Origin: a virus
Taxonomy: Duplodnaviria; Caudoviricetes
Length of the DNA: 59,399 nt
Virus record (IMG/VR): IMGVR_UViG_3300043399_001226
Location: 1-59,399 of that record
Strand: one strand, 5' to 3'
Part shown: piece by piece, positions 1 through 8,777 of the stretch
How the letters are laid out: every line of letters starts with the position of its first letter
Position numbering within the stretch: the first letter of the stretch is position 1
Notes under the pieces: model-generated
What the model was told of the DNA's origin: nothing
Databases searched by the model: none
The model's input: the letters and a program-made list of their open reading frames with translations, nothing else
Translations under genes and position numbers: made by a program

Positions 1-114
1 CAAAATCAGAACTTCTTAAATCAGTGTTTTTTAGATTTGTTCTTCTTAAATCAGCTCCTCTAAAATCTGCATATCTTAAATCAGCGTTACTTAAATCTAA
101 TTTTTTTAAATTTG
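1..114. repeat. Terminal direct repeat, copy 1 (circular assembly overlap)
   Basis: 1-114 is identical to 59286-59399. Confidence 0.97.
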
Positions 115-223
115 TATAACTAAAATCTGCTCTTTTACCTTTAGCATAATTACTTTCTAACCATATCTTATGCTCTTTTATCATGTGATCGACTTTATCT
201 TGGGTTAGTTTTTGACATGTCAT
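1..223 (-). CDS. Pentapeptide-repeat protein, 5' part (112 aa in total; continues across the junction to 59170)
   Basis: ATG at 223 overlaps the TGA of the upstream ORF; translation MTCQKLTQDKVDHMIKEHKIWLES...RADFSYTNLKKLDLSNADLRYADFRGADLRRTNLKNTDLRSSDF; absent from the ORF track because it spans the ends. Confidence 0.85.
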   Translation of the reverse strand, partial: MTCQKLTQDKVDHMIKEHKIWLESNYAKGKRADFSYTNLKKLDLSNADLRYADFRGADLRRTNLKNTDLRSSDF

Positions 224-429
224 TTTCTTGTCCCATAATATTTTGTTACTAACAACCTAAGGTAATTTATTTTTACTTCTGTTTCGTTACTATTCCAATT
301 ATCCATAATATAATCTACTATCTCGTTTTCGAGTTCTTTTACTTTTGTGTTATTCATTTTGTTACTTCCCAATCTTTTGAGTTTAAATGTTGCAAGCCTT
401 ATTGTCAGCATACCCAGTAAATCTACCAT
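220..429 (-). CDS. Hypothetical protein (true start possibly the downstream Met, MNNTKV)
   Basis: ORF track; part of a tightly packed minus-strand operon. Confidence 0.5.
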   Translation of the reverse strand: MVDLLGMLTIRLATFKLKRLGSNKMNNTKVKELENEIVDYIMDNWNSNETEVKINYLRLLVTKYYGTRK

Positions 430-589
430 GGAAAACTTTAGTATACATAGTTTCTTTTATTGTAAATTTGCTATCGGTATTATCTCTTAACCACTTTGAT
501 AAGGTTAGAATTGATACTTGATCGTTTGTAGTGTTTAACAACTCTTCAATTTTTGCTTTTGTTATAAAAGTACTATTTTTAGCGCTCAT
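383..589 (-). CDS. Hypothetical protein
   Basis: ORF with AAGGA RBS, downstream of a sigma70-like promoter. Confidence 0.55.
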   Translation of the reverse strand: MSAKNSTFITKAKIEELLNTTNDQVSILTLSKWLRDNTDSKFTIKETMYTKVFHGRFTGYADNKACNI

Positions 590-620
590 AATTTTAATCC
601 TTTATTTCTTTTATAATTAC

Positions 621-649
621 ATATTACAATAATTTATGATTATTGTCAA
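621..649 (-). promoter_or_regulatory. Sigma70-like promoter for the minus-strand small-ORF operon
   Basis: TTGACA-17 nt-TAATAT on the minus strand. Confidence 0.55.
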
Positions 650-1012
650 TAATTATTTAATAAAAAAAATTATTTTTAGTTATTTTATTACAAGAAAAGA
701 TAAAGCAATAGGGCCAAACTACCTAGATTTATGGAAGCTAATAACCTACAACCCTATATAAATCAAGATATACAAGAGGTGGCCAAACTAGTAGAATACG
801 TGGACATAAAAAAAGACGGAGAGTAAGTCCTTTTTTAGTTTAAATGTTAATTCTACCAATCAAACGTTTTTTTCAACAATTTAAAATAATTAGGACACAC
901 TCCTTTTATATTTTTATTTGTGGGTGCTTTTTACTTTAACAAGTAATGAACTAAATATGTTATTAAATTTATATATTTAAAAATTTAAAGTTAATTATAT
1001 AAAGGTATTATT

Positions 1013-2284
1013 ATGAAAAAAATGTCACTATTTCTTGGAGCTTTACTTGCAAGTAGTACAGCTTTAGCTGGCGACCCATTGCCTGTGGTATCGGATTTAA
1101 ATATAAAACTTGGAGCATATGCTGCTTTTGAAAGTGGATTTAGCAATCAGGGTAAATTAAAAGGAACAGAAAAAAATATTTCAGCTAATAAAAGAGGTTT
1201 TGCCTTTTATAACGATACGGCTTTATTTGCTGCCATATCAAATACTACTGATGATATTACTTATGGTGCAAAAATTATATTAGTACCAACAACAAAAAGA
1301 AAAGTAAACAATGATTATAATGGTTCTCATGTATTCTTAGAACATGAGTTTGGGAAAATTGAAGCAGGTTCACCTATTCCTGTTGCAAGAAACATGACTG
1401 TAAATGATGGAGCTATACCTGCAAACTACATAAAAACAGGTATAGAGTATTTAAAACAAGGTAAAAAAGCAAATCCATCGTTCTTAACCTCGGAAGAAAC
1501 TATAATCGGTGATTCAATAACTGCCGGTTTAGACTCAGCAACTTATAGCAGCGAACCGCCAAGAACAATAAATTATTATACTCCTAAGTTTGATTTAACC
1601 GATTCTAGTAAAATCAGGCTTGGTATATCTTATACTCCTGATTCTGCTAATACTGGGATAGAAAAACCATCAGATAAATCAGACGGAATAAAAAAGTATG
1701 CCGTAGGAGAGCCTGCCATAGATAGGTTTGAAATTGATAGATCAGTTAAAGATGCTATTACTAGTGGGATAGTATTTGAACAGAAATTAACGGAAGAAGC
1801 AGAATTAAAACTAGCTCTAACTGGTGAATACGGCAAATCTGCTGGTAAAATTAAGAAATTTGCCAATAAGGACGATAAAAATCCACTAGAGTATAAATTA
1901 AGCGACTTAAAAGCTTATAATATTGGTACTGAATTAAAGGTTGGTGATTTTAAGTATAATGCCTGTTATGGTTCTTTTGGTAAAAGTTTTACTTCAAAAG
2001 AGTTACATAAAGGTAACCGTAAGTCTCAATACTATAATGCAGGTATTGCCTATACTTATAATAAAGCTACGACAACTTCATTGTCATATTTTGCCTCAGA
2101 GCAGTTTAAAAATAAGGTGAACTCAGTAAAATTAGCAGTAAGTCACATACTTGCACCAGGACTTAAGCCTTACGCTGAAATCCATGCTTACACCCTTAAA
2201 GGCAAACCTGAATTCTATCCTAATTTAAAGGCAAGAAAAGTAAAAGGTACTGTAGCTCTTGTCGGTGTTAAGTTATCTATTTAA
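1013..2284 (+). CDS. Outer-membrane porin-like beta-barrel protein, copy A
   Basis: Signal peptide (MKKMSLFLGALLASSTALA), FGKIEAG and YYTPKF porin-like motifs, alternating C-terminal strand (VALVGVKLSI). Confidence 0.75.
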   Translation: MKKMSLFLGALLASSTALAGDPLPVVSDLNIKLGAYAAFESGFSNQGKLKGTEKNISANKRGFAFYNDTALFAAISNTTDDITYGAKIILVPTTKRKVNNDYNGSHVFLEHEFGKIEAGSPIPVARNMTVNDGAIPANYIKTGIEYLKQGKKANPSFLTSEETIIGDSITAGLDSATYSSEPPRTINYYTPKFDLTDSSKIRLGISYTPDSANTGIEKPSDKSDGIKKYAVGEPAIDRFEIDRSVKDAITSGIVFEQKLTEEAELKLALTGEYGKSAGKIKKFANKDDKNPLEYKLSDLKAYNIGTELKVGDFKYNACYGSFGKSFTSKELHKGNRKSQYYNAGIAYTYNKATTTSLSYFASEQFKNKVNSVKLAVSHILAPGLKPYAEIHAYTLKGKPEFYPNLKARKVKGTVALVGVKLSI

Positions 2285-2311
2285 CCTTCTTTAACCTATC
2301 CTTGAGGCAAG

Positions 2312-2339
2312 CTTACGGGGATAATTTAATCCCCGTAAG
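2312..2339. terminator. Hairpin between convergent genes, probable bidirectional terminator
   Basis: CTTACGGGGAT-AATTTA-ATCCCCGTAAG, 11-bp perfect stem. Confidence 0.6.
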
Positions 2340-2688
2340 GGTCTAACAGCTCCTTTAATGTTCTTTTAGCTCTTTTTTTAGCCAGCATTTCATAAAACTT
2401 TTCAAGAGCATCTGTCCTTTCTTGATAGATGGAATTATCGACAGATATCTTTTGTGTGTTTTTAATTCGAGCTTGCCGTTTTTCTCTCTCTATTAACTTT
2501 AGTTTTACCTTGCTCATATATACAAGATTATGTTTTTTCATATAATGGTTTAAGACATTATATGACACTCCTAATTCTACGCATATTGCACCTTTTAAAG
2601 TTCTACCGCTATCTAGGAGTTTCTGGATATCGCTTGGTTTGTAATTTTCTTCAAGATACTTCAGGTTATTTGATGTTGGTTCGCTCAT
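2326..2688 (-). CDS. Hypothetical protein, possible HTH DNA-binding
   Basis: KGAICVELGVSYNVLNHYMKKH resembles an HTH. Confidence 0.5.
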   Translation of the reverse strand: MSEPTSNNLKYLEENYKPSDIQKLLDSGRTLKGAICVELGVSYNVLNHYMKKHNLVYMSKVKLKLIEREKRQARIKNTQKISVDNSIYQERTDALEKFYEMLAKKRAKRTLKELLDPYGD

Positions 2689-2861
2689 GATTAGTAGTAG
2701 AGATATTCTAAAACAAAACGCACCAACTTGAAAAAATCACTAACAAGTTGGCACGTTTAGGAAAAATGGTAATTTATGAAAAAAATCAAAACACAAGCCT
2801 CCCAGCTTGCTAGTTGAATGTAATTTAAATAATACCATAGGTCAATAAGGTTTTTATAGTG

Positions 2862-3098
2862 TTAAATTTCCAGAGCGTCCCTATAAAGCTGGATCAGGCT
2901 ATCTTCTTCGGCGAGAGCATCCTTATCCTTTTTCCTAAGTTTAAGTACGTGCTTGATGATTTTAACGTCAAACCCCATAGATTTGGCTTCATTATAAGCA
3001 TCTTTCAACAGATCGGCGGACTCTAAACGTTCCTCTTCTATGGTTTCTATTTTGCTAATAATTTGCTTTAGCTTACCTGCTTCTATAACTTCACTCAT
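2862..3098 (-). CDS. gapR: GapR/DUF2312-family nucleoid-associated protein
   Basis: LKQIISKIETIEEE...AYNEAKSMGFDVKIIKHVLKLRKKD...EEDSLIQLYRDAL matches the GapR pattern. Confidence 0.85.
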   Translation of the reverse strand: MSEVIEAGKLKQIISKIETIEEERLESADLLKDAYNEAKSMGFDVKIIKHVLKLRKKDKDALAEEDSLIQLYRDALEI

Positions 3099-3110
3099 AT
3101 TAAACTATGA

Positions 3111-3389
3111 TTATTTTTTATTAACGGCATCTTTTAACTTCTGTCCAACCTTAAACTTTGGTTGATTATAGGCAGCTATTTTTATCCTTTCCCTACTTTT
3201 TGGATTAATACCATCTCTTGCTTCAACTTTATTGACACTAAAATGACCAAAACCAACGAGGACTATTTCCTTACCCTCTTCCAGAGCATTAATTACCGAG
3301 GAAGTAAATATATCAATAGCTTTTTCTGCTTCTTTTTTTGTGCATCCATGCTGACTTGCAATGTGGTCGATAAATTCGTGTTTATTCAT
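3111..3389 (-). CDS. hup: HU family DNA-binding protein
   Basis: MNKHEFI...GFGHFSVNKVEARDGINPKSRERIKIAAYNQPKFKVGQKLKDAV. Confidence 0.95.
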   Translation of the reverse strand: MNKHEFIDHIASQHGCTKKEAEKAIDIFTSSVINALEEGKEIVLVGFGHFSVNKVEARDGINPKSRERIKIAAYNQPKFKVGQKLKDAVNKK

Positions 3390-3419
3390 TATTGTTACCT
3401 TTAAATTATGATTTTGAGA

Positions 3420-4286
3420 TTATTTTAATTTTTCTATTTGCTGGATGGTTAAACCAGTAAATTCTACTATTTCTTCTATAGGTTTATTTTTTGTTAGCAT
3501 AGCCTTGGCGATTTCTATATCCCTTTCAGCTTTCCCTTCAGCTTTTCCTTTAGCTTCAGCAGATATTATATAATCCCGACCCTTCATAGAATCCATGACG
3601 TAGCTATCGTAAACCTCTCTTTCCTGATTGGTCATTTTTAATATACTTAAACGCTGTGCTACTTTCTGCATGTAAGGAGACTTGAAGTCCTCTTTTACCT
3701 CAGAGTGTTTCATTAAATATAACCACTCGTCGATTTCCTCCTTTATGACATCATCAAATAAAGGAATTGAAACAATAAAATATTCAGGGAATATGTTATG
3801 AGCATCAAACGTATGCATCCCTCTATCTATTAAGTGAACGTCTATCGGATGCTTATGGTCTATCTCATGAAATATTACCTTACCGTGATGTAGCGGGGCT
3901 TTGGTATTTTCAAAAGGGAAGTATAGCAGGTTTATATGGAATACTTTCTTGATTTGCAAGTAATCCTGATTTGCCCCGAGATTATCAACGATTAGCCTTG
4001 AGGTATTAAATACGGCTTTGTTTAGAAACAAATCGGTATAAGCACGATCTATTTCTACTATATAATTGTTACCTTGTTCGTCTTCAACAATAACGTCTGC
4101 TATACTTCTTTTTAGATATCTACTTTCCTTATTGCTTTCGCCGTCAAGTAAGGCTCTAATCTTGACGGGCTTATATCCTTCTGACCCAAGTAGGGCGGAG
4201 ATAAACCCTTCAACTATTTCATAATCGCCTTTATCTTTTAGCAGATACTTGATAGCGTAATCAAAGCTAATTAGCGTTTTTTCCAT
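3420..4286 (-). CDS. Rpn-family recombination-promoting PD-(D/E)XK nuclease / putative transposase
   Basis: FDYAIKYLL, ADVIVED...IVEID, C-terminal AEGKAEGKAE repeat and IAKAML...IEEIVEFTGLT HTH tail. Confidence 0.85.
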   Translation of the reverse strand: MEKTLISFDYAIKYLLKDKGDYEIVEGFISALLGSEGYKPVKIRALLDGESNKESRYLKRSIADVIVEDEQGNNYIVEIDRAYTDLFLNKAVFNTSRLIVDNLGANQDYLQIKKVFHINLLYFPFENTKAPLHHGKVIFHEIDHKHPIDVHLIDRGMHTFDAHNIFPEYFIVSIPLFDDVIKEEIDEWLYLMKHSEVKEDFKSPYMQKVAQRLSILKMTNQEREVYDSYVMDSMKGRDYIISAEAKGKAEGKAERDIEIAKAMLTKNKPIEEIVEFTGLTIQQIEKLK

Positions 4287-4299
4287 ATAGATAAATAAT

Positions 4300-5571
4300 T
4301 TAAATAGATAACTTCATGCCAACTAGAGCTACAGTACCTTTCACCTTTCTTGCTTTTAAATTAGGATAAAACTCAGGCTTACCTTTAAGAGTATAGGCAT
4401 GTATTTCAGCATAAGGTTTTAGCCCTGGTGCAAGTATGTGGCTAATACCTAATTTTATCGAGTTTACTTTATTCTTGAATTTATCAGAAGCAAAATATTG
4501 TGAATAAATTGTTGTATCCTTATTATAAGTATAGGCAATACCTGCGTTGTAATAATAGGATTTATTACCCACCTTATGTAATTCTTTTGAAGTCAGGCTA
4601 CTTCCAAAAGAGCCGTAGCAGGCATTATACTTAAAATCACCTATTTTTAATTCCCCGCCGATATTATAAGCTTTTAAGCCACTTAATTTATATTCTAGCG
4701 GGTTCTTATCGTCTTTATTAGCAAACTTCTTAATTTTACCTGTAGCTTTACCATATTCACCAGTTAGAGCCAGTTTTAATTCCCCTTTTTCCATTATTTT
4801 TTGTTCAAACACTAAACCACCAGTAATAGCATCCTTAACAGACTTATCAATTTCAAATCTGTCTAGCGTTGTTTCTTCAATTGCATATTTTGTTATGCCG
4901 TCTGATTTTACTGATGATTTATCTATGCCTGTATTAGCAGAATCAGGGGTATAGGATATACCAAATTGTAGTTTACTAGAATCGGTTAAATCAAATTTAG
5001 GAGTATAATAATTTATCGTTCTTGGAGGCTCGCTGCTATAAGTTGCTGAGTCTAAGCCAGCAGTTATGGAATCACCAAGGATGGTTTCCTCTGAAGTTAA
5101 GAAAGACGGACTAGCCTTTGTATTTTGTTTGAGGTATTCAGTACTGGTTTTTATATAGTTTACAGGTATAGCTCCATCATTGATGGTCATGTTTCTTGCA
5201 ACTGGGATTGGTGAGCCTGCTTCAATTTTCCCAAACTCATGTTCTAAGAATACATGAGAACCATTATAATCATTGTTTACTTTTCTTTTTGTTGTAGGGA
5301 CTAAGACAATCTTAGCACCATAAGTAATATCATTTGCCGTATTTGATATGTTAGCAACAAAAGCTGAGTTATTAAAAAAAGCCATGCCTTTTTTATTAGC
5401 TGATATATTCTTCTCTGCTCCTTTTAATTTCTCTTGCTTGCTAAACCCGCTTTCAAAGACGGCAAAAGCACCAAGTTTTACATTTAAATCCGATACTACA
5501 GGCACTGGATCGCTACCTAATGCCGTGCTGTTTGTAAGTAAAACGCCAAGTAATAGTGATATTTTTTTCAT
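4300..5571 (-). CDS. Outer-membrane porin-like protein, copy B (inverted paralog of copy A)
   Basis: Same length (423 aa) and colinear, highly similar to 1013..2284. Confidence 0.75.
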   Translation of the reverse strand: MKKISLLLGVLLTNSTALGSDPVPVVSDLNVKLGAFAVFESGFSKQEKLKGAEKNISANKKGMAFFNNSAFVANISNTANDITYGAKIVLVPTTKRKVNNDYNGSHVFLEHEFGKIEAGSPIPVARNMTINDGAIPVNYIKTSTEYLKQNTKASPSFLTSEETILGDSITAGLDSATYSSEPPRTINYYTPKFDLTDSSKLQFGISYTPDSANTGIDKSSVKSDGITKYAIEETTLDRFEIDKSVKDAITGGLVFEQKIMEKGELKLALTGEYGKATGKIKKFANKDDKNPLEYKLSGLKAYNIGGELKIGDFKYNACYGSFGSSLTSKELHKVGNKSYYYNAGIAYTYNKDTTIYSQYFASDKFKNKVNSIKLGISHILAPGLKPYAEIHAYTLKGKPEFYPNLKARKVKGTVALVGMKLSI

Positions 5572-5701
5572 AATATTTTTTCCTTTTTAATTATTTAACT
5601 ACCTATAACATAGACAAGAGGAGCGTTGAACTTAAAAAAGTCTAAGAAAATAAAAATTAAAAAGTAGTGTGTTATTTAGTTTATTTAATATTATGTTAAT
5701 T

Positions 5702-5911
5702 TCATTCATTTTCTGTCGTATTTTTTACTTCTTCCTGGTCATCTATTAGCTTTTCTAAACCTGAAATTCTATCGTGTAAAAGATCGGTTACTTTCGCTAG
5801 TTTTTTTATTAATTGATCCTGAGTACTTATGCAATCAAACACTCCTTTTAGTATCCATAATATCAATATTATAAAACCAATAATTATTGTAATTAATAAA
5901 TTCAGGAGCAT
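5702..5911 (-). CDS. Small membrane-anchored coiled-coil protein
   Basis: Hydrophobic N-terminus followed by a heptad-like tail. Confidence 0.55.
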   Translation of the reverse strand: MLLNLLITIIIGFIILILWILKGVFDCISTQDQLIKKLAKVTDLLHDRISGLEKLIDDQEEVKNTTENE

Positions 5912-6117
5912 AACCTATAACCTCTCTGTCTTCTTCGCTTTTTAATAGTATCTATAATTAGTTCTATATCCTGATTATCCTTGGAAGATACAACTTTGTA
6001 ATTTCCTAAATTACCGCTTACTCTACCTCAACTACATATTACATCTATAGTCCCAAATAATGTGGGTTGGAATATTATTTTGTAGTATCTATTGTTCTTT
6101 ATCCAAAACAGAGACAT
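5902..6117 (-). pseudogene. WGR-domain gene with an in-frame TGA at the Trp of the WGR motif
   Basis: MSLFWIKNNRYYKIIFQPTLFGTIDVICS*GRVSGNLG...TIKKRRRQRGYRLCS; stop at 6028-6030. Confidence 0.75.
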
Positions 6118-6403
6118 AAGTTAATCTTTTTTTAGGAAGTTTTGATACAGGTAATTTACGATGAACTAAATTGTCTCTTGCTATAAAATAATCATATTCA
6201 CTAGTTACGACCCAATCCTTAGTTAAGGCATCTACATCTGACAAAAGACTATAATTTTCATGAATTACCCCACCTGTTTTATTAAAACTTAATCTCCTTA
6301 AACGATCAGTTCTTTTGTTTTTATAAATACAATAATCTTTACCCATCCTCTTAATAACGGCATCTCGTTCGTATACCATTTTTATTGCTTCTATGAAGTC
6401 CAT
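6089..6403 (-). CDS. Hypothetical protein (MDFIEA...DALTKDWVV phage-type small protein)
   Basis: ORF coupled to the par operon. Confidence 0.6.
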   Translation of the reverse strand: MDFIEAIKMVYERDAVIKRMGKDYCIYKNKRTDRLRRLSFNKTGGVIHENYSLLSDVDALTKDWVVTSEYDYFIARDNLVHRKLPVSKLPKKRLTYVSVLDKEQ

Positions 6404-6600
6404 TATTTACTCATATATGCTCGTAAAGACTTATGCACAAGTTCACTAAGAGTGATATCATTCTCTAGTGCATAACGCTTTATTTCCTTGTGAAAGCTCT
6501 TGTCAACTTTGACTACTAAATTAGCATCTTTATTATCTTCTAGTTGTTTAAGTGCTTTCTCTTTATTTATTGATGGACGACCGGTTTTTAGTGAACTCAT
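6403..6600 (-). CDS. ParG-like ribbon-helix-helix partition protein
   Basis: 65 aa, LVVKVDKSFHKEIKRYALENDITLSELV, coupled directly downstream of parA. Confidence 0.75.
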   Translation of the reverse strand: MSSLKTGRPSINKEKALKQLEDNKDANLVVKVDKSFHKEIKRYALENDITLSELVHKSLRAYMSK

Positions 6601-7259
6601 AATATCTCTTTAATCTCATTTACTATATTTGTAATCTCATATATCGCTTCATTGTTAGTAGTGTCAAAAACAGATTGCCCTTCTGCTGCTGACTTGGCAT
6701 AGGCAATTCTTTGAGATGTATAGCTTTTCATTATCGGCATGGAATATCCTTTTAAAGCTTCGGTTACTTCGCTACTTAAAGAAGTTGTTGATATTCTTCG
6801 GCTAATACAGAAATAAGCTTTTGGATTTCCATCAGTAATTTGTTGCCTATGTTTTATTACGTCTACCAGCTCTTCAGATGCCCATATATCGTATGGTGAT
6901 GGTTGGACAGGTATAATGATTAAATCAGAACATTTTATAGCAGATACCGCCATATTGGTTAATTGCGGTGCGCCGTCAATGATAACCCAATCAAAATCAT
7001 TGGCTATTTTCTTTACGTCTCTTTCAAGAGTTGGTCTGTCCATTCCTATAACAGCTATTTCACTATTACCTACTGCATGCCAATCTCTTGCAGAGCCTTG
7101 AGGGTCTGAATCAACAAGTAATACTTTTGAACCATTTAAGTGAAGGTTACTTGCTATATTCGTTGCAAGCGTAGTTTTACCCACACCGCCTTTTTGATTT
7201 AGTATGGAAACTATTTTCATATATATCTTTATAACTTTAGTTAAAGATATATATATCAT
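6597..7259 (-). CDS. parA: ParA/ParF-type partition ATPase (likely start MKIVSIL)
   Basis: Deviant Walker A QKGGVGKTT, DSDPQGS, IIDGAP, IPVQPSPYD. Confidence 0.95.
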   Translation of the reverse strand: MIYISLTKVIKIYMKIVSILNQKGGVGKTTLATNIASNLHLNGSKVLLVDSDPQGSARDWHAVGNSEIAVIGMDRPTLERDVKKIANDFDWVIIDGAPQLTNMAVSAIKCSDLIIIPVQPSPYDIWASEELVDVIKHRQQITDGNPKAYFCISRRISTTSLSSEVTEALKGYSMPIMKSYTSQRIAYAKSAAEGQSVFDTTNNEAIYEITNIVNEIKEIL

Positions 7260-7364
7260 ATTACTTTAATATGTAAAGGTATTTTTATTTAATAAAATAA
7301 AGATATATGTTTTAAATATAATATATATATCATATAATATTAATATAAAGAAATAATTATTATT

Positions 7365-7700
7365 TTATTTTAAGAATAACTGGACTTTGATTGCACGTTC
7401 TACTTCTCGCATATCTTTACTAGAAATTTGACCAATTCTTTTGCCTAATCTCTCTATGCTTACTGTAGCTATTTGATGGGCTAAAGCCTTGCTTGTTTTA
7501 CTATTAAGGTAAACTATAGCCTCGGATGAATAACATTGTGTGCTATTACTAGTTAAAGGAATTACTTGGACACGTTTTAATACTTTATTTGAATTGTCAT
7601 TACTTATAATAACGGCTGGCCTAGTTTTGTTAATTTCTTCTCCAATAGAACTATTAAAACTGGCCCAGTATACTTCACCTCTCTTCGTATGCATCCCCAA
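7365..7700 (-). CDS. PemK/MazF-family toxin
   Basis: KRGEVYWASF..SIGEEINKTRPAVIISND...VIPLTS. Confidence 0.92.
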   Translation of the reverse strand: MGMHTKRGEVYWASFNSSIGEEINKTRPAVIISNDNSNKVLKRVQVIPLTSNSTQCYSSEAIVYLNSKTSKALAHQIATVSIERLGKRIGQISSKDMREVERAIKVQLFLK

Positions 7701-7902
7701 CTACCCACTCAATCCATTCGTAGGCCTCCCTCTCTGCTTCTTTATCTTTAGCCATCTCTATATATTCTTGCTCTAACTCCTTATTAAGAACATATGGTTT
7801 AACTAAATTTTCTATAAATTGGCTAATCTTTCCTCTACCTATTATTGAATGTAATTCATGATATACATTTTCATCTAAAGTAATTGTTAATTTTTTGTGC
7901 AT
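7675..7902 (-). CDS. Cognate antitoxin (RHH-like)
   Basis: KKLTITLDENVY N-terminus, acidic C-terminus, overlaps the toxin gene. Confidence 0.8.
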   Translation of the reverse strand: MHKKLTITLDENVYHELHSIIGRGKISQFIENLVKPYVLNKELEQEYIEMAKDKEAEREAYEWIEWVVGDAYEER

Positions 7903-7924
7903 AATAACCTCCTTAATACATATA

Positions 7925-7952
7925 ATTATACGTATTATTTTACAAAAGTCAA
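7925..7952 (-). promoter_or_regulatory. Promoter of the toxin-antitoxin operon
   Basis: TTGACT-16 nt-TATAAT with an overlapping imperfect palindrome; AGGAGG RBS downstream. Confidence 0.55.
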
Positions 7953-8088
7953 TGAAAATATTTTTTCAATTCTCCTCTTTGGGGTATCAGCAACATCTCT
8001 GTAAAAAACTTGCAAACAATGGGAATGACTATCGTTTTCAGTTATAATGAACATATAAAAAATACTTAAGCTAAATTAAGCAATTCTC

Positions 8089-8583
8089 ATGCTCAAAGTA
8101 GAAGACACCTCTATAATTATGGCTTTAGATCTCGGCACTGTTACGGGATGGGCTATTAGAGAGAGACAAGGCAACATAACTTCTGGAACAGCTAGTTTTA
8201 AAACTGGAAGATTTGAAGGAGGCGGTATGTCATTTTTGCGTTTTAAACAATGGCTTACCGATTTTAAAAATACTTTGGGGGTTATTGATGCGGTTTATTT
8301 TGAAGAGGTAAGAGCACATAAAGGGGTAGATGCTGCACATAAATATGGGGGGTTTGTTGCTCATCTGACTAGCTGGTGCGAACACCACCAAATACCATAT
8401 CAGGGCATACCTGTTGGAACGATAAAGAAACATATTACAGGCAAAGGAAATGCTCCTAAAGAAGCCGTAATAAATGCCGTAAGAAAAAAAGGTTTTAGCC
8501 CCTCTGATGATAACGAAGCTGATAGTCTGGCTTTGCTTGACTTTGTACTCAGTAATCAAAATGAGAAAATAAGTTATGCGTAA
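8089..8583 (+). CDS. Phage RuvC-like Holliday junction resolvase
   Basis: MALDLGTVTGWA, VYFEEV, IKKHITGKGNA, DDNEADSLALL. Confidence 0.85.
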   Translation: MLKVEDTSIIMALDLGTVTGWAIRERQGNITSGTASFKTGRFEGGGMSFLRFKQWLTDFKNTLGVIDAVYFEEVRAHKGVDAAHKYGGFVAHLTSWCEHHQIPYQGIPVGTIKKHITGKGNAPKEAVINAVRKKGFSPSDDNEADSLALLDFVLSNQNEKISYA

Positions 8584-8740
8584 ATTTAAAATGCTTACTG
8601 GTCTTATATTAATAATAATTAGCTTATTAGTGGCTTGTGATGATTTTTTTGCTCCAACTATTGAAATCTTTAACGAGATAATCACAACAACAAACGTAGA
8701 GCAAGAGCAGAAAAAAGAACAAAAAAATAATAATTTTTGA
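8576..8740 (+). CDS. Small lipoprotein (54 aa, not in ORF track)
   Basis: MRKFKMLTGLILIIISLLVAC: basic N-terminus, hydrophobic core, lipobox LVAC. Confidence 0.65.
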   Translation: MRKFKMLTGLILIIISLLVACDDFFAPTIEIFNEIITTTNVEQEQKKEQKNNNF

Positions 8741-8777
8741 TATTTAAAAATAATACTTACAAAGAGGAGTTAGAAAA

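Noticed and set aside
1-114. Terminal repeat as a biological virion DTR or attL/attR
   Set aside because: It falls in the middle of a coding sequence and is most simply an assembler overlap of a circular or permuted genome
712-790. GGCCAAACTA repeated twice in the intergenic region
   Set aside because: Only two 10-bp copies; too weak to call iterons or operators
6028-6030. TGA-as-Trp alternative genetic code
   Set aside because: Many genes end at TGA in ATGA overlaps and Trp is otherwise TGG; this is a single isolated case
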